Positions 28,022 to 41,408 of a DNA stretch of 64,000 nt are shown in pieces. This DNA is from Eledone cirrhosa (Eukaryota). The translations under genes and the position numbers were made by a program. A model generated the notes under the pieces. It made no database searches, was not told the DNA's origin, and saw nothing but the letters and a program-made list of their open reading frames with translations. The number at the start of each line of letters is the position of its first letter. Position 1 is the stretch's first letter. The DNA is taken from contig OZ024740.1 of assembly GCA_964016885.1 (NCBI GenBank), positions 147,064,001 to 147,128,000 on the forward strand. The letters run 5' to 3'.

Positions 28022-31000
28022 ACGATATTAAACAAATGGAAACTATATTTATAAAACCATATTTATTTCGTTATATATATTTCTGGGATATCATATTAAA
28101 AATATGGTATGCCTTCCTCAGACAAAATACAATACATAAACTGTTTTATAAATAATTAGTGACATACCTTGTAATAATGCAACTTCCATTTAAAAAGTTG
28201 ATTTGGTAGTGAAACTGTTATGACAGTTATATAGAAAGAAAAACGAAGATGAGAAGAAGATGAAGAGATGTATATAAATAAAAAAAAAATAAAATAAAAA
28301 AAAAAAAAAAAAGAAGAAGATGAAGAGATGTATGTAAAGAAAAACAACGGAGCGAGATAGAGGGACAAGGAGATATGGGAGAGAGAAATACATTGAGGAG
28401 GTGAAAAAACATAGTAGGCTGCTTTTGGACAGATGATCATCGTATATGTGAGAGGTTAAGGGAAGGGATACAGTTAAACTAGTGTATAGGAGAAAAAGAA
28501 AGAAAGATGATATATTTAAAATATATTAAAAATATATTATGTCTCATCCATTTGAATTATCAATTTTTATGAATTAGGTATTATAATGTAAATATCAGTA
28601 TTCATGAATGAGACACATATCCATAATGTGTGAAAAAATGACCACATGCTCAGTTTAAAAATTCTTAGGTCTATAAGCAAAATCATGATTTTACTTATTG
28701 AAAATAATAACTCTGAACTAAATAAGAAAAGAAAACAAATTATACAATTTTTTAATTACCTTAATCTAAAAATAGAAATTGAGAATAACCATAGAATAGT
28801 CAATTTCCTAGACGTAACATTTAATCTCAACACATGTCTTCACTATCCATTTCACAAGTTAAATGAAAACTTGAATTATGTCAATTTTAGCTCCAATCAC
28901 CCCAGATCTGTCAAAAATACTATAGTGAACTCTGTTCAAAAACGTATCTCTAGAATCTCTTCCAATAAAAATATTTTTGACGAAAAAGCCCAGTATTATA
29001 ATGAAGCTTTAGCTAGAGCAGGATATAGTGATAAAATTATGTACATCGATAATAGACAAACTAACCAAAATAACAACAATTTTAATTACAGTAACAACTT
29101 TAACAACTATAATAGAAAGCACTACAATAATTTCAAAAACCAGAAAAGAAATAGAACTAGAAATATAATATGGTTTGCCCCCCCCCCCTTTCTCACTAAA
29201 CATTAAAACCCACATCGCTAAACTATTTTTTAATGCTCTTGACAAACGCTTCCCTAGAACACATAAGTATCACTCAATTTTTAATAGACATACTATAAAA
29301 TTAACGTACTCGTCCACCAAAAATTTAGCACAAAATATTAATAGAATAAATAATAGGAATCTAAAACCTAGCCAAAATACCGAAAATAGCCTAAACAATA
29401 TTCAACTAAAAAACTGTAACTGTAGAGATAGATCTAAATGTCCGCTAAATAACAATTGCTTAGTTAAAAATTTAATATACAACTGTAATGTTAGAACTGA
29501 TTTAAATTCTTTTAATTATGTTGGTTCCACCTCGACAGAATTTAAACTTCGCTATAATAATCACAAAAATTCTTTCACGGATCCAAATAAAAAATCCTCA
29601 ACATCGCTGTCAGGGTTACTCTGGCAACTTAAGCATGATAAAGTTGGATATTCGATGGTTTGGAATATAGTCTCAAAAGGGATTCCTTTTAATTCCTCTT
29701 CTGAGACATGTGACCTCTGCGCGGAGGAGATATTCTTTATACTAAAATCTAAAAATTCCCTTAATTTACGAACCAATTTATTCAGCTGTTGCAGACATAG
29801 ATTGAACTCAACATTTAAATATAAATATAAATTTAAAATGTAGTATAAAATGTAGTATATTTACTTAAGGTATTTGACTATTTATGAAACTTGGCGATAA
29901 ATCTTTCGATTCCTTCAATTTTTTTTTTTTTTTTTAAACCTTTCTGCATGAATATATAATTAATGAGATTAAATAAACTACCCTAAAATTGGCGTTGTTC
30001 CCAATCTTTTGAATAAATTTTTAAGCTGGATAAATTTCTATAATAAATATAAGAGCATTTGTAGAATAAGTTTTGAATGATTTCTGCTAAATAAGGCTTG
30101 GTGAACAATTTTGGTTTTGTTTGCTTTTGATTCTGATTCTATGTGACCGATATGCGTGGCATACTATGTTCTCTTGCGTCCCTAGATACTCTGTGGAGTG
30201 ACGAAGATATTCTTGGCGTTTTTAATTTTAATATTGATATCTGTTGTCTACTCTATGCTTGATCGATGATCATGCAAGTGAGGCTGGAATGTTATTTTAG
30301 ATGTTAATGTATATCTTATATATTTTGTGTCTATATATATGTATGTAAATGTATGTGGGGTGGAATCTTTTGTAACGCATTGAAGTTTTTCATGAAATAT
30401 AAGAATCTGTGCAGCTTATCACGTAGGTTCACATGTGCGTCTATATTTATCAACTTGAAATTGAGATAACCGTCTCTTTTCTCTTTTTTTTTTCACGAGA
30501 ATGCATATATACTTATGTTTGAAGTTTTATCTCAGATTTTGCTTATAGACCTAAGAATTTTTAAACTGAGCATGTGGTCATTTTTTCACACATTATGGAT
30601 ATGTGTCTCATTCATGAATACTGATATTTACATTATAATACCTAATCCATAAAAATTGATAATTCAAATGGATGAGACATAATATATTTTTAATATATTT
30701 TAAATATATCATCTTTCTTTCTTTTTCTCCTATACACTAGTTTAACTGTATCCCTTCCCTTAACCTCTCACATATACGATGATCATCTGTCCAAAAGCAG
30801 CCTACTATGTTTTTTCACCTCCTCAATGTATTTCTCTCTCCCATATCTCCTTGTCCCTCTATCTCGCTCCGTTGTTTTTCTTTACATACATCTCTTCATC
30901 TTCTTCTTTTTTTTTTTTTTTATTTTATTTTTTTTTTATTTACATACATCTCTTCATCTTCTTCTTCTCATCTTCGTTTTTCTTTCTATATAACTGTCAT

Positions 31001-31290
31001 AACAGTTTCACTACCAAATCAACTTTTTAAATGGAAGTTGCATTATTACAAGGTATGTCACTAATTATTTATAAAACAGCTTATGTATTGTATTTTGTCT
31101 GAGGAAGGCATACCATATTTTTAATATGATATCCCAGAAATATATATAACGAAATAAATATGGTTTTATAAATATAGTTTCCATTTGTTTAATATCGTAA
31201 ACCTACTCCAGAAACTGTTGAGTGCTTTTATATCAGTTATAAAATATTTACTCGTTGTAACCCAACAATCTTAAATAAAACTTTTGCATA
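28022..31290 (+). mobile_element. 5'-truncated Penelope-like element (Naiad-like GIY-YIG) with an inverted pseudo-LTR
   Basis: NFLDVTF, SNHP, RNIIWFxPPFS, CNCR..CPL..CL, NLIY..YVGST..FKLRYNNH, CDLC..CCRH. Frameshift in a C-run at about 29180. About 660-bp inverted repeat 28022-28684 / 30535-31198. Confidence 0.85.
31091..31156 (+). ncRNA. Minimal type I hammerhead ribozyme (inverted copy at 28064-28129)
   Basis: 8-bp stem I tattttgt/acgaaata, CTGAGGA, imperfect stem II containing catatt/aatatg, GAAA, palindromic tatata, TA. Confidence 0.65.
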
Positions 31291-31293
31291 TAT

Positions 31294-31324
<31 letters not shown>

Positions 31325-31680
31325 AATATAAATATATATAAATATAAATATATATAAATATATATATATATAAATATAAATATATATAAATATAAATATA
31401 TATAAATATATATATATATAAATATATATATAAAATATAAATATATATATAAAATATAAATATATATATAAATATAAATATATATATAAATATAAATATA
31501 TATATAAATATAAATATATATAAATATATATATATATATATACTCGATGCCCCCTCCCCCCCTCAGGAGAAACCAAAAATAATCAACCTCTCAAAGACAC
31601 CTCTAACCAACACACAAATCAACATTTTAAGTAAGGGCCTGAAATTTACACCTACACCACGTAAACCAAACTTCCCCGAA

Positions 31681-33828
31681 ATGAAGGATGACATCATGGA
31701 ATACTGCCGAAAGCTGCGACTAACGGAATTCTTCCACAACGACACCAACACTGAAGACGAATCACTGGTTAGAAATAAAAGCAATTTCTGCCCACAAAAG
31801 GGAAGAAATAAAGCACTGGACACGTACTGCGAACACATCACCAACTTTCCCTATGAAAAAATTACAAATAAACACACGAAATCAAACCTATCTACACACG
31901 AATGGGAAGAATTATTCACACTTAGAAACAACCCTGAGATAACTATCAAAGAAGCCGATAAAGGCAGTACTGTTGTCATTATGAATACGGACTACTATAG
32001 GACCCTTGCACTTAACATTTTAGAAAACAACACATACTATGAAAAAACAGAAAACTACAAACACACCAAAACAATGGGGAACCTTTTGACCTTACTGAAT
32101 AAATACCGCAACAGCTTAACCACAAAAGAGTTTAACTATATAAGCCACTTCAAATGCAATACAAGCTCTTTTTACGGCTTACCGAAACTTCACAAATGTA
32201 AACCCATAAACGATGCATGTGACACCTCAACCAACAATTACATTGAACTAACACCACCAGAAGACCTAAAACTCAGGCCAATTATAGCAGGCCCTACATG
32301 TGAAACCCACAGACTTAGCAACTTTCTGGACATCCTACTGAAACCCTTTCTACAACATATACAGAGCTACATACGAGATGACCTTGACATGCTGAAACAC
32401 CTCCCTAAAACAGTAAGTGCAAATACAATTCTTGTCTCCTTTGACGTAATAAACCTCTACACAAACATACCTCACAACTATGGAATAACAGCAGTCCAAT
32501 ACTGGCTTAACACACACCCATCAGAAATACCGACACGCATTAACACAGATTTTATCACTGACGGACTCCGCTTTATCCTACAAAATAACTACTTCACATT
32601 CAATGGTTCAACATACAGACAAGTATCAGGTACGGCAATGGGCACGAAAGTAGCACCCACATATGCCAACCTAGTCATGGGATTCCATGAACAACAAATA
32701 TACAGTCAGTCCCTTCTCTTATTTGGAGACTCTTTCCATACACACCTCAAAGCCAATTGGAAAAGATATCTAGACGACTGCTTTATCCTATGGCAAGAAG
32801 ACATGAACTCACTTACTACGTTTAAAAACATGATAAACAACATAGATAATAACATACAATTCACAATGGAATCCAATCCTAAGGAATTAGCCTTCTTGGA
32901 TATTCTCATCTCTGTAATAGACGGGAAATTAGATACAGATATATTCTATAAACCCACAGATTCCAAGCAATACCTCTTTTTCACATCAAGTCACCCAAAA
33001 CATACAAAACTTAACATTCCTTACAATTTGGCCAAACGTATATGTACCATAGTATCAGATCCACCTAAACGGGAGCAAAGACTAAAGGAACTAAAAGACA
33101 CCCTTATCTTAAGAGCCTTTCCACTTGAAATAATCAACAATGGAATAGACAGGGCAAAACACCTAAATCCCCATCAACTTAACAATCCAAAACAGAAAAC
33201 CACACTCAACACCCTGCCATATGTATCCACTTTCAACCCCAGAAATACCGAAATGTTTGATCACCTACACAAAAACCTCCCCATCCTACTTAAAGATGTA
33301 AAAATGAAGTCTATTCTTGAAACACACAAGATCCTTAAAAGTAAAAGACAACCCAAATCACTAAAACGCATTCTCACTGGACCAAATATACCCAAACCAA
33401 TCCTCAACCCTACAGTTACCAAATGTGGTAGAACAAACTGTGGAACGTGCCTCTACCTCACTGAAGGACAAACATTTACATTCAAAGATGGCCAAACATT
33501 TACAGTAAAAAACAATTTCACCTGCAACTCGGAGAACTTGATTTACGCAATAACTTGCGGTGGGTGCAAACACAACTACATAGGACAGACGGGCACCTCA
33601 TTACGCAAAAGAATGACCATCCACCGCCAACAAATCCGGGACGCTAACACAAGAAAAATCCCCTTGAGCATCCATATTGCGAACTGCGCAGGAATGACAC
33701 TACCCAACTTTAAAATCTTCCCCTTCTACAAGTGCTCAGATTCGTTCACACAGCAACAAAGAATAAACAAAGGAAATCTATTCCTCAACAAATTTAAACC
33801 AAAACTAAACGGGTTATCACCCCAATAG
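31681..33828 (+). CDS. PLE reverse transcriptase + GIY-YIG endonuclease (715 aa, uninterrupted)
   Basis: ADKGS, FYGLPKLHK, RPII, SFDVINLYTNIP, GTAMGT, RYLDD, FLDI, YKPTD, Cys linker CGRTNCGTC, NLIYAITC..C..YIGQT..LRKRM..H. Confidence 0.92.
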   Translation: MKDDIMEYCRKLRLTEFFHNDTNTEDESLVRNKSNFCPQKGRNKALDTYCEHITNFPYEKITNKHTKSNLSTHEWEELFTLRNNPEITIKEADKGSTVVIMNTDYYRTLALNILENNTYYEKTENYKHTKTMGNLLTLLNKYRNSLTTKEFNYISHFKCNTSSFYGLPKLHKCKPINDACDTSTNNYIELTPPEDLKLRPIIAGPTCETHRLSNFLDILLKPFLQHIQSYIRDDLDMLKHLPKTVSANTILVSFDVINLYTNIPHNYGITAVQYWLNTHPSEIPTRINTDFITDGLRFILQNNYFTFNGSTYRQVSGTAMGTKVAPTYANLVMGFHEQQIYSQSLLLFGDSFHTHLKANWKRYLDDCFILWQEDMNSLTTFKNMINNIDNNIQFTMESNPKELAFLDILISVIDGKLDTDIFYKPTDSKQYLFFTSSHPKHTKLNIPYNLAKRICTIVSDPPKREQRLKELKDTLILRAFPLEIINNGIDRAKHLNPHQLNNPKQKTTLNTLPYVSTFNPRNTEMFDHLHKNLPILLKDVKMKSILETHKILKSKRQPKSLKRILTGPNIPKPILNPTVTKCGRTNCGTCLYLTEGQTFTFKDGQTFTVKNNFTCNSENLIYAITCGGCKHNYIGQTGTSLRKRMTIHRQQIRDANTRKIPLSIHIANCAGMTLPNFKIFPFYKCSDSFTQQQRINKGNLFLNKFKPKLNGLSPQ

Positions 33829-34404
33829 AATTGTCATAAAATATAAACACACATACGCACGGAATCACTACTATTAAAGACCAGAGACCAATTCTGTAGA
33901 ATCAGGTTTATTCATTGACAGACCATGCCTTTGTGTGACCAACACATCCATGTTAAACCCTGCACGTGCACACACATATATCTATATATATATGCGCACA
34001 CAGAATTCACCACTGTCGGTTGCGGGGCCCAATCTACATGAAGAACTCAATGTGATCAGAATGACTTCTATTTTAATTTCACTGCCCCAACTTCTTATAT
34101 TATGGAAAAAATATGTGTCTGTATGTATATATATATATATATATATATTTGAAGGCCATTTCTCTGTGTGTGGGTGTATGTATGTGTATATGTGTGTGTG
34201 TGTGTATGTGTGTGCATGTGGATGTATGTATTGTGTGTGCGTGTGTGTGTGTGTGTGTATGTATGTGGGTATCTGGATGTATGCGTATGTGTATATATAT
34301 ATATATATATGCGTGTGTGTGTATGTTTGTATGTGTGTATGTATATATATATGTGTGTGTGTGTATATATATATATGTGTGTGTATGTATGTGTGTGGGG
34401 GGGG

Positions 34405-34440
<36 letters not shown>

Positions 34441-34507
34441 ATATATATATGTGTGTGTGTGTGTGTGTATGTATGTGTGTATCTGGATGTATGTGTATGT
34501 ATATATA

Positions 34508-34570
<63 letters not shown>

Positions 34571-35016
34571 ATGTGTATATATGTGTGTGTATGTGTGTAT
34601 GTATATGTATGTGTGTGTGTATGTATGTGTGTATATGTATATATATGTATATATATATATGTATATGTATGTATATGTGGATGAAGGTATGTGTGTATAT
34701 ATAGGTGTAAGTGCACTAAATCCCTTTCTATCACGCTCCACTCTCCTACCCATCACAGGAAGATATGTGTATGTATATTGCTTCCACCCCCTCACTGACC
34801 AGCAGCTGGCCAGTTGGTGATTGCTAAATCTGACCTTTATAAAATAACCCACACCCCAAATAACTTCTCATTCACTACCAGAAAGGGACACAGCAGTCAA
34901 CCTGTTGTTGCTACCTAGATGAAAACTGCTATGAAATCCCACAATGAATTTTATACTTGAATTTTCAAGTCTCAAATTTTAACTCTTCGTATTATTAATT
35001 TTTCTTAATATTAATC

Positions 35017-35066
35017 AACATTTGAAAAGATGGCTTTTGCAGACCCATCGAAACCGGTCATTTTTT
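35017..35066 (+). ncRNA. Minimal type I hammerhead ribozyme (U3-A8 variant)
   Basis: TTGAAAA, stem II gatgg...ccatc, GAAA, ccgg, TC; stem I is weak. Confidence 0.65.
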
Positions 35067-35168
35067 ATACCCTTTATTATTTCCTTACCTTATAAAATTA
35101 TGTTTTTTCACAAAAAAGTATTCTGTCTCTTATATATTCCATGTGCCATTACCAACCTCAATTTTCTC

Positions 35169-35412
35169 TATATATAAATATATATATATATAAATATATA
35201 TATAAATATATATATATAAATATATATATATATAAATATATATATATAAATATATATATATATAAATATATATATATATAAATATATATATATATAAATA
35301 TATATATATATAAATATATATATATAAATATATATATATAAATATATATAAATATATATATATATAAATATATATATATAAATATATATATATATAAATA
35401 TATATATATATA

Positions 35413-35450
<38 letters not shown>

Positions 35451-35464
35451 AATATATATATATA

Positions 35465-35510
<46 letters not shown>

Positions 35511-35562
35511 TATATATATAAATATATATATATAAATATATATATATATAAATATATATATA

Positions 35563-35616
<54 letters not shown>

Positions 35617-35632
35617 AATATATATATATAAA
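35169..35632. repeat. (TA)n/(TAAA) microsatellite
   Basis: Direct reading. Confidence 0.95.
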
Positions 35633-38546
35633 TTTGGTACTAGAAATGAGGAAGGCTCCAGAATTCTGGAATACTGTGATGCAAATAACCTAACTATCTG
35701 TAACACTAACTTCAAAAAACGTGACAATCACCTGATTACCTATAGATCCGGGGAACACACAAGCCAGGTAGATTATATCCTTACCAGAAGACGTGACAGA
35801 GTGTCTGTTGTAAACACTAAATCCCTCCCCCATGAAGAATGCACCTCCCAACATAGACTGATAATTAGCGACCTCATAGTCAGGACGAGACGCACCCGAC
35901 AGCAGAAGAGGACTATCCTCAGGAGGAAAATATGGAAACTAAAAGACCCCACAGCCAGAAATAAATTTCAAAGCATATTACTTGATGCTTTCGACAGTAA
36001 GGAAGAGCATCTAGAATCGGACAATATAGAGGGACAGTGGAAATTTCTGAAAGCTAACCTGCTGTTGGCGACAGACGAAGTCTGTGGCTGGAGCAGGCCT
36101 GTAGGCAGGAGGAGAGTAACATGGTGGTGGAACAGTAAGGTGGAGGGGTCAATTAAGGCCAAAAAGCAGGCTTGGAAAGTATGGCGGGATGGGGGAAGTA
36201 GAGTAGACTATCAAGTGGCCAGGAGGGAAGCTAGGAGAGAAGTGTACTTAGCAAGAAGGGAAGCTGAGGAAAGAAAGTTCAAGCATGTTCTACAACGCGA
36301 TGACCAAAAACGTGAGGTGTTCAGGATTGCCAGGCAATGCGTCAAGGAAAACCGTGATATTGTCGGGGAGAAGTGTGTACTTAACGATGATGGCATACTT
36401 GCCATCACCGACACTGATAAGAAGGTAGCTTGGAAGTGTCACTATGAAAGGCTACTAAATGAGGAGAATAAATGGGAGAAAGACAGTCTCCCCCATATCG
36501 ACCCGATAGAGGGACCAGCAGTGTTAGTCGAGGGGAGTATAATAAGTAAGGCAATCAAGGATATGAAGACTGGTAAGGCGGCTGGGCCTTCGGAAATAGT
36601 TGCTGAGATGCTGAAGGCATCTGGCACGGTGGGACACACCATGGTCACCCGCATAGTTAACCAAGTCGTACAGAATGGGGTTGTTCCGAAGGACTGGCAT
36701 AGCAGCATCATCGTTAACTGTTATAAGGGTAAAGGAGACGCCCTAGATAGGAGTAACTATAGAGGCATTAAATTAATCGACCAGGTCATGAAGGTCACGG
36801 AAAAAGTAATAGCGCAACTAATCAGAGAGAGAATTGATCTAGATGAAATGCAGTTCGGGTTTGTGTCAGGCAAAAGCACCACAGACGCTCTTTTCATAGT
36901 ACGACAACTACAGGAGAAGTACCTAGCTAAAGGTAAACCCCTCTACTTAGCTTTTGTCGACCTGGAGAAAGCCTTCGACAGAGTCCCCCGCTCCATTATC
37001 TGGTGGGCTCTTAGAAAACTAGGCGTTGACGAATGGCTTGTGAGGGCTATACAAGCCATGTATAAAGAAACAGTCAGCAAGGTTAGAATTAACAACGAAT
37101 ATAGTGAAGAGTTTAGCGTAAAAGTTGGCGTCCATCAGGGCTCTGTTCTCAGCCCCCTACTATTTATTATTGCCCTTCAGGCTATAACAGAGGAGTTCAA
37201 GACAGGCTGCCCATGGGAACTCCTATACGCAGACGACCTGACACTCATAGCGGAATCAATGGCCGAGCTAGAGAAGAAATTCCAAACATGGAAGCACGGC
37301 CTAGAGTCAAAAGGACTTAAAATTAACCTGGCTAAGACCAAAGTTCTAGTTTGTAGGAAAGAAAACAAGGCGGCGGTCCCTTCTGGGAAATGGTCGTGCT
37401 CGGTATGTAGGAAAGGCGTAGGTAGAAACTCCATCTTATGTCCTAAATGCAAAGTATGGGTGCATAAAAGATGTAGTGGGATCACAGGTAAGCTAACTAA
37501 GAACATAGACTTTACATGTGGCCGGTGTTCTGGTGCAATAAGTAGCAGCAAGTGCCCACAAAATACTAGCTCTTTCAATTGCGCAGAGGGTTTTATAGAA
37601 ATAGTGGACAGCTTCCGTTACCTGGGCGATAAAATCAGCAGTGGGGGAGGGTGCTCTGAAAGTACTGTAGCTAGAGTCAGAACTGGTTGGAAAAAGTTCA
37701 GAGAGCTTATACCACTATTAGCTGCTAAAGGGTTCTCCCTAAAAATGAAAGGCAGGTTGTACGATGCCTGCATACGAACAGCAATGTTGCATGGTAGTGA
37801 GACCTGGGCATTGTGTGCAGAGGATATACGCAGACAAGAGAGGAACGAAGCTTGCATGCTCCGCTGGATGTGTAACAGTAATATACGTGAACGGCAAAGC
37901 ATAAACGAACTAAGGAAAAAATTAGAGATAAGAGGGATCAGATGTTGTTTACTCGAGAGAAGGCTGCGTTGGTATGGACACGTGATGCGCATGAAAGTCG
38001 ATAGCTGTATTACAAAGTGCAGGGCAATAAAGATAGACGGTAGCCACGGAATAGGCAGACCTAGAAAAACATGGGATGAGCTGATAAACTCCGACCTCAC
38101 ACACTTACACCTCTCCAAGACAATGTCACTGGACCGTGACCTTTGGCGGTACTCAGTAACAGAGAAGACCCGCCTTGCCAGTAGGCATCTCTAACAAAAT
38201 ACACCCCTCCCGCCGCCACCCCCACCCCATCCACACCACCCCGTTCTATGTAAAGTTATGTTGGTGCCGCGCCATCCAGGCCGAAACAAATGAGATCGTG
38301 TAGGTGGCACGACAAAAAAACACACAGTCCACGCTGTAATGTGGCCGTGTAGGCAACACGGTAAAAACCTCCCAGACCCACACTGTAAATGTGGTTGGTG
38401 TTAGGAAGGGCATCCAACTGTAGAAAACCTGCCAGACAGTCCTATGCGAGCAAGACAATCACTCTTGCCTCAAGTGGGACTACCCCCGTCCAAACCCATG
38501 CAAGCGTGGAACACGGACGTTAAACGTTGATGATGATGATGATGAT

Positions 38547-38549
<3 letters not shown>
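35633..38549 (+). mobile_element. Young 5'-truncated RTE LINE, subfamily 1, with an uninterrupted ORF to 38194
   Basis: 797-aa ORF containing the APE C-terminus, RT and PHD-type finger (37397-37528). Near-identical to 1-2000 in inverted orientation. (GAT)n tail. Confidence 0.95.
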
Positions 38550-38580
<31 letters not shown>

Positions 38581-38594
38581 AATATATATATATA

Positions 38595-38630
<36 letters not shown>

Positions 38631-38646
38631 AATATATATATATATA

Positions 38647-38680
<34 letters not shown>

Positions 38681-38702
38681 AATATAAATATATATATATA
38701 TA

Positions 38703-38762
<60 letters not shown>

Positions 38763-39288
38763 TAAATATATATATATATAAATATAAAAATATATATATA
38801 TATAAATATATATATATATAAATATAAAAATATATATATATATAAATTGAAACAAAATGAAAACGAAATTTCATTTCTCACTCTTAGTATGGCACTTACT
38901 TAAATGTAAGTATGCATGTATACGTACATACATATATGTATACTGTTCAGTTTGTTTACAAACGAACAAAGCGACGTTAGCGCCGCTAAACAGATACGTG
39001 CATATATGTATGTGTACCTGTATGCATATGTATGTATATATGTATATATATATATATATATGTGCATGCTACTGTACGTCTGTATACATATATGTATGTA
39101 CGTATACATGCATACTTATATATATATAAATATATATATATAAATATAAATATATATAAATATAAATATATATAAATATAAATATATATAAATATAAATA
39201 TATATATAAAATAAATATATATATAAATATATATATATATATAAAATATAAATATATATAAATATATATATATATATAAAATATAAAT

Positions 39289-39319
<31 letters not shown>

Positions 39320-39487
39320 AATATATATATATAAATATATATATATAAATATATATATAAATATATATATAAATATATATAAATATATATATATATATAA
39401 ATATATAAATAAATATATATAAATATATATAAATATATATATAAATATATATAAACATATAAATATATTATATATATATATAAATAA

Positions 39488-39524
<37 letters not shown>

Positions 39525-39616
39525 AATATATATATATAAATATAAATATATAAATATATATAAATATATGTATATAAATATATATAAATAAATATATATA
39601 TATATATAAATATATA

Positions 39617-40850
39617 TGCAAAGTATGGTTGCATAAAAGATGTAGTGGGATCACAGGTAAGCTAACTAAGAACATAGATTTTACATGTGGCCGGTGCTCT
39701 GGTGCAATAAGTAACAGCAAGTGCCCACTAAATACTAGCTCTTTCAATTGCGCAGAGGGTTCTATAGAAATAGTGGACAGCTTCCGTTACCTGGGTGACA
39801 AAATCAGCAGTGGGGGAGGGTGCTCTGAAAGTACAGTAGCTAGAGTCAGAACTGGATGGAAAAAGTTCAGAGAGCTTATACCACTATTAGCCGCTAGAGG
39901 GTTCTCCCTAAAAATGAAAGGCAGGTTATATGATGCCTGCATACGAACAGCAGTGCTGCATGGCAGTGAGACCTGGGCATTGTGTGCAGAGGATATACGC
40001 AGACTAGAGAGGAACGAAGCTTGCATGCTCCGCTGGATGTGCAATAGTAATATACGTGAACGGCTAAGCATAAACAAACTAAGGAAATAATTAGAAATAA
40101 GAGGGATCAGATGTTGTTTACTCGAGAGAAGGCTACGTTGGTACGGTCACGTGATGCGCATGAAAGACGACAGCTGTATAACAAAGTGCAGGGCGATAAA
40201 GATAGACGGTAGCCACGGAGTCGGCAGACCCAGAAAAACCTGGGACGACATGATAAATTCCGACCTCACATGCTTACACCTCTCCAAGACAATGTCACTG
40301 GACCGAGACCTTTGGCGGTACTCAGTAATAGAGAAAACCTGCCTTACCTAAATACAAAGTAAAAGCCTACTACAGTCAGTAGGCATCTCTATCAAAACAC
40401 ACCCGGTCCCACCTCCCCCACCCCATCCACACTGCCCCTTTCAATGTAAAGTTATGTTGGTGCCACAACATCCAGGCCGAAACAAATGAGATCATGTAGG
40501 TGTCACGACAAAAAACACACTGTCCACGCTGTAAATGTGGCCATGTAGGCAACACGGTAAAAACCTCCCAGCCCCACACTGTAAATGTGGTTGGTGTTAG
40601 GAAGGGCATCCAGCTGTAGAAAACCCGCCAGACAGTCCACGCTGTAATGTGGCCGTGTAGGCAACATGGTAAAAACCTCCCAGCCCCACACTGTAAATGT
40701 GGTTGGTGTTAAGAAGGGCATCCAGCTGTAGAAAACCCGCCAGACAGTCCTATGCGAACAAGACAACCACTCTTGCCTCAAGTGGGAAAACCCCCGTCCA
40801 AACCCATGCAAGCGTGGAACACGGATGCTAAACCTGATGATGATGATGAT
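39617..40850 (+). mobile_element. 5'-truncated RTE LINE (same variant as 21588-25106)
   Basis: ORFs 39629-40090 and 40151-40351, the duplicated 3' UTR block and a (GAT)n tail. Confidence 0.9.
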
Positions 40851-40880
40851 AAATATATATAAATAAATATATATATATAT

Positions 40881-41408
40881 ATCATCATCATCAACGTTTA
40901 ACGTCCGTGTTCCACGCTTGCATGGGTTTGGACGGGGGTTTTCCCACTTGAGGCAAGAGTGATTGTCTTGCTCGCATAGGACTGTCTGGCAGGTTTTCTA
41001 CAGTTGGATGCCCTTCCTAACACCAACCGCATTTACAGTGTGGGTCTGGGAGGTTTTTACCGTGTTGCCTACACGGCCACATTACAGCGTGGACTGTGTG
41101 TTTTTTTGTCGTGACACCTACACGATCTCATTTGTTTCGGTCTGCATGGTGTGGCACCAACATAACTTTACATAGAAGGGGGCGGTGTGGATGGGGTGGG
41201 GAGGTGTATTTTGTTAGAGATGCCTACTGACTGTAGTAGGTTTTACTTTGTAGTTAGGTAAGGCGGGTCTTCTCTATTACTGAGTACCGCCAAAGGTCTC
41301 GGTCCAGTGACATTGTCTTGCTGAGGTGTAAGTGTGTGAGGTCGGAGTTTATCAGCTCGTCCCAGGTTTTTCTGGGTCTGCCTATTCCGTGGCTACCGTC
41401 TATCTTTA
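40881..41408 (-). mobile_element. Short 5'-truncated RTE LINE, tail-to-tail with the previous copy
   Basis: GRPRKTW C-terminus, 3' UTR and catcatc tail. Confidence 0.9.

Larger units (their letters stand above)
31543..35168 (+). mobile_element. Penelope-like element (Neptune-like), 5'-truncated, with 3' pseudo-LTR region
   Basis: Contains the RT + GIY-YIG ORF below, an internal GT/AT microsatellite (34120-34700) and a hammerhead at about 35017-35066. Confidence 0.88.

Noticed and set aside
29175-29843. Selenocysteine recoding as reported for some Naiad PLEs
   Set aside because: Conserved Cys positions are TGT/TGC and no in-frame TGA is present.
31204-31225. Additional hammerheads at 31204-31225 and 7855-7882
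   Set aside because: Only actc...aaactgt.gagt remnants are present; the CTGANGA core and stem II are missing.
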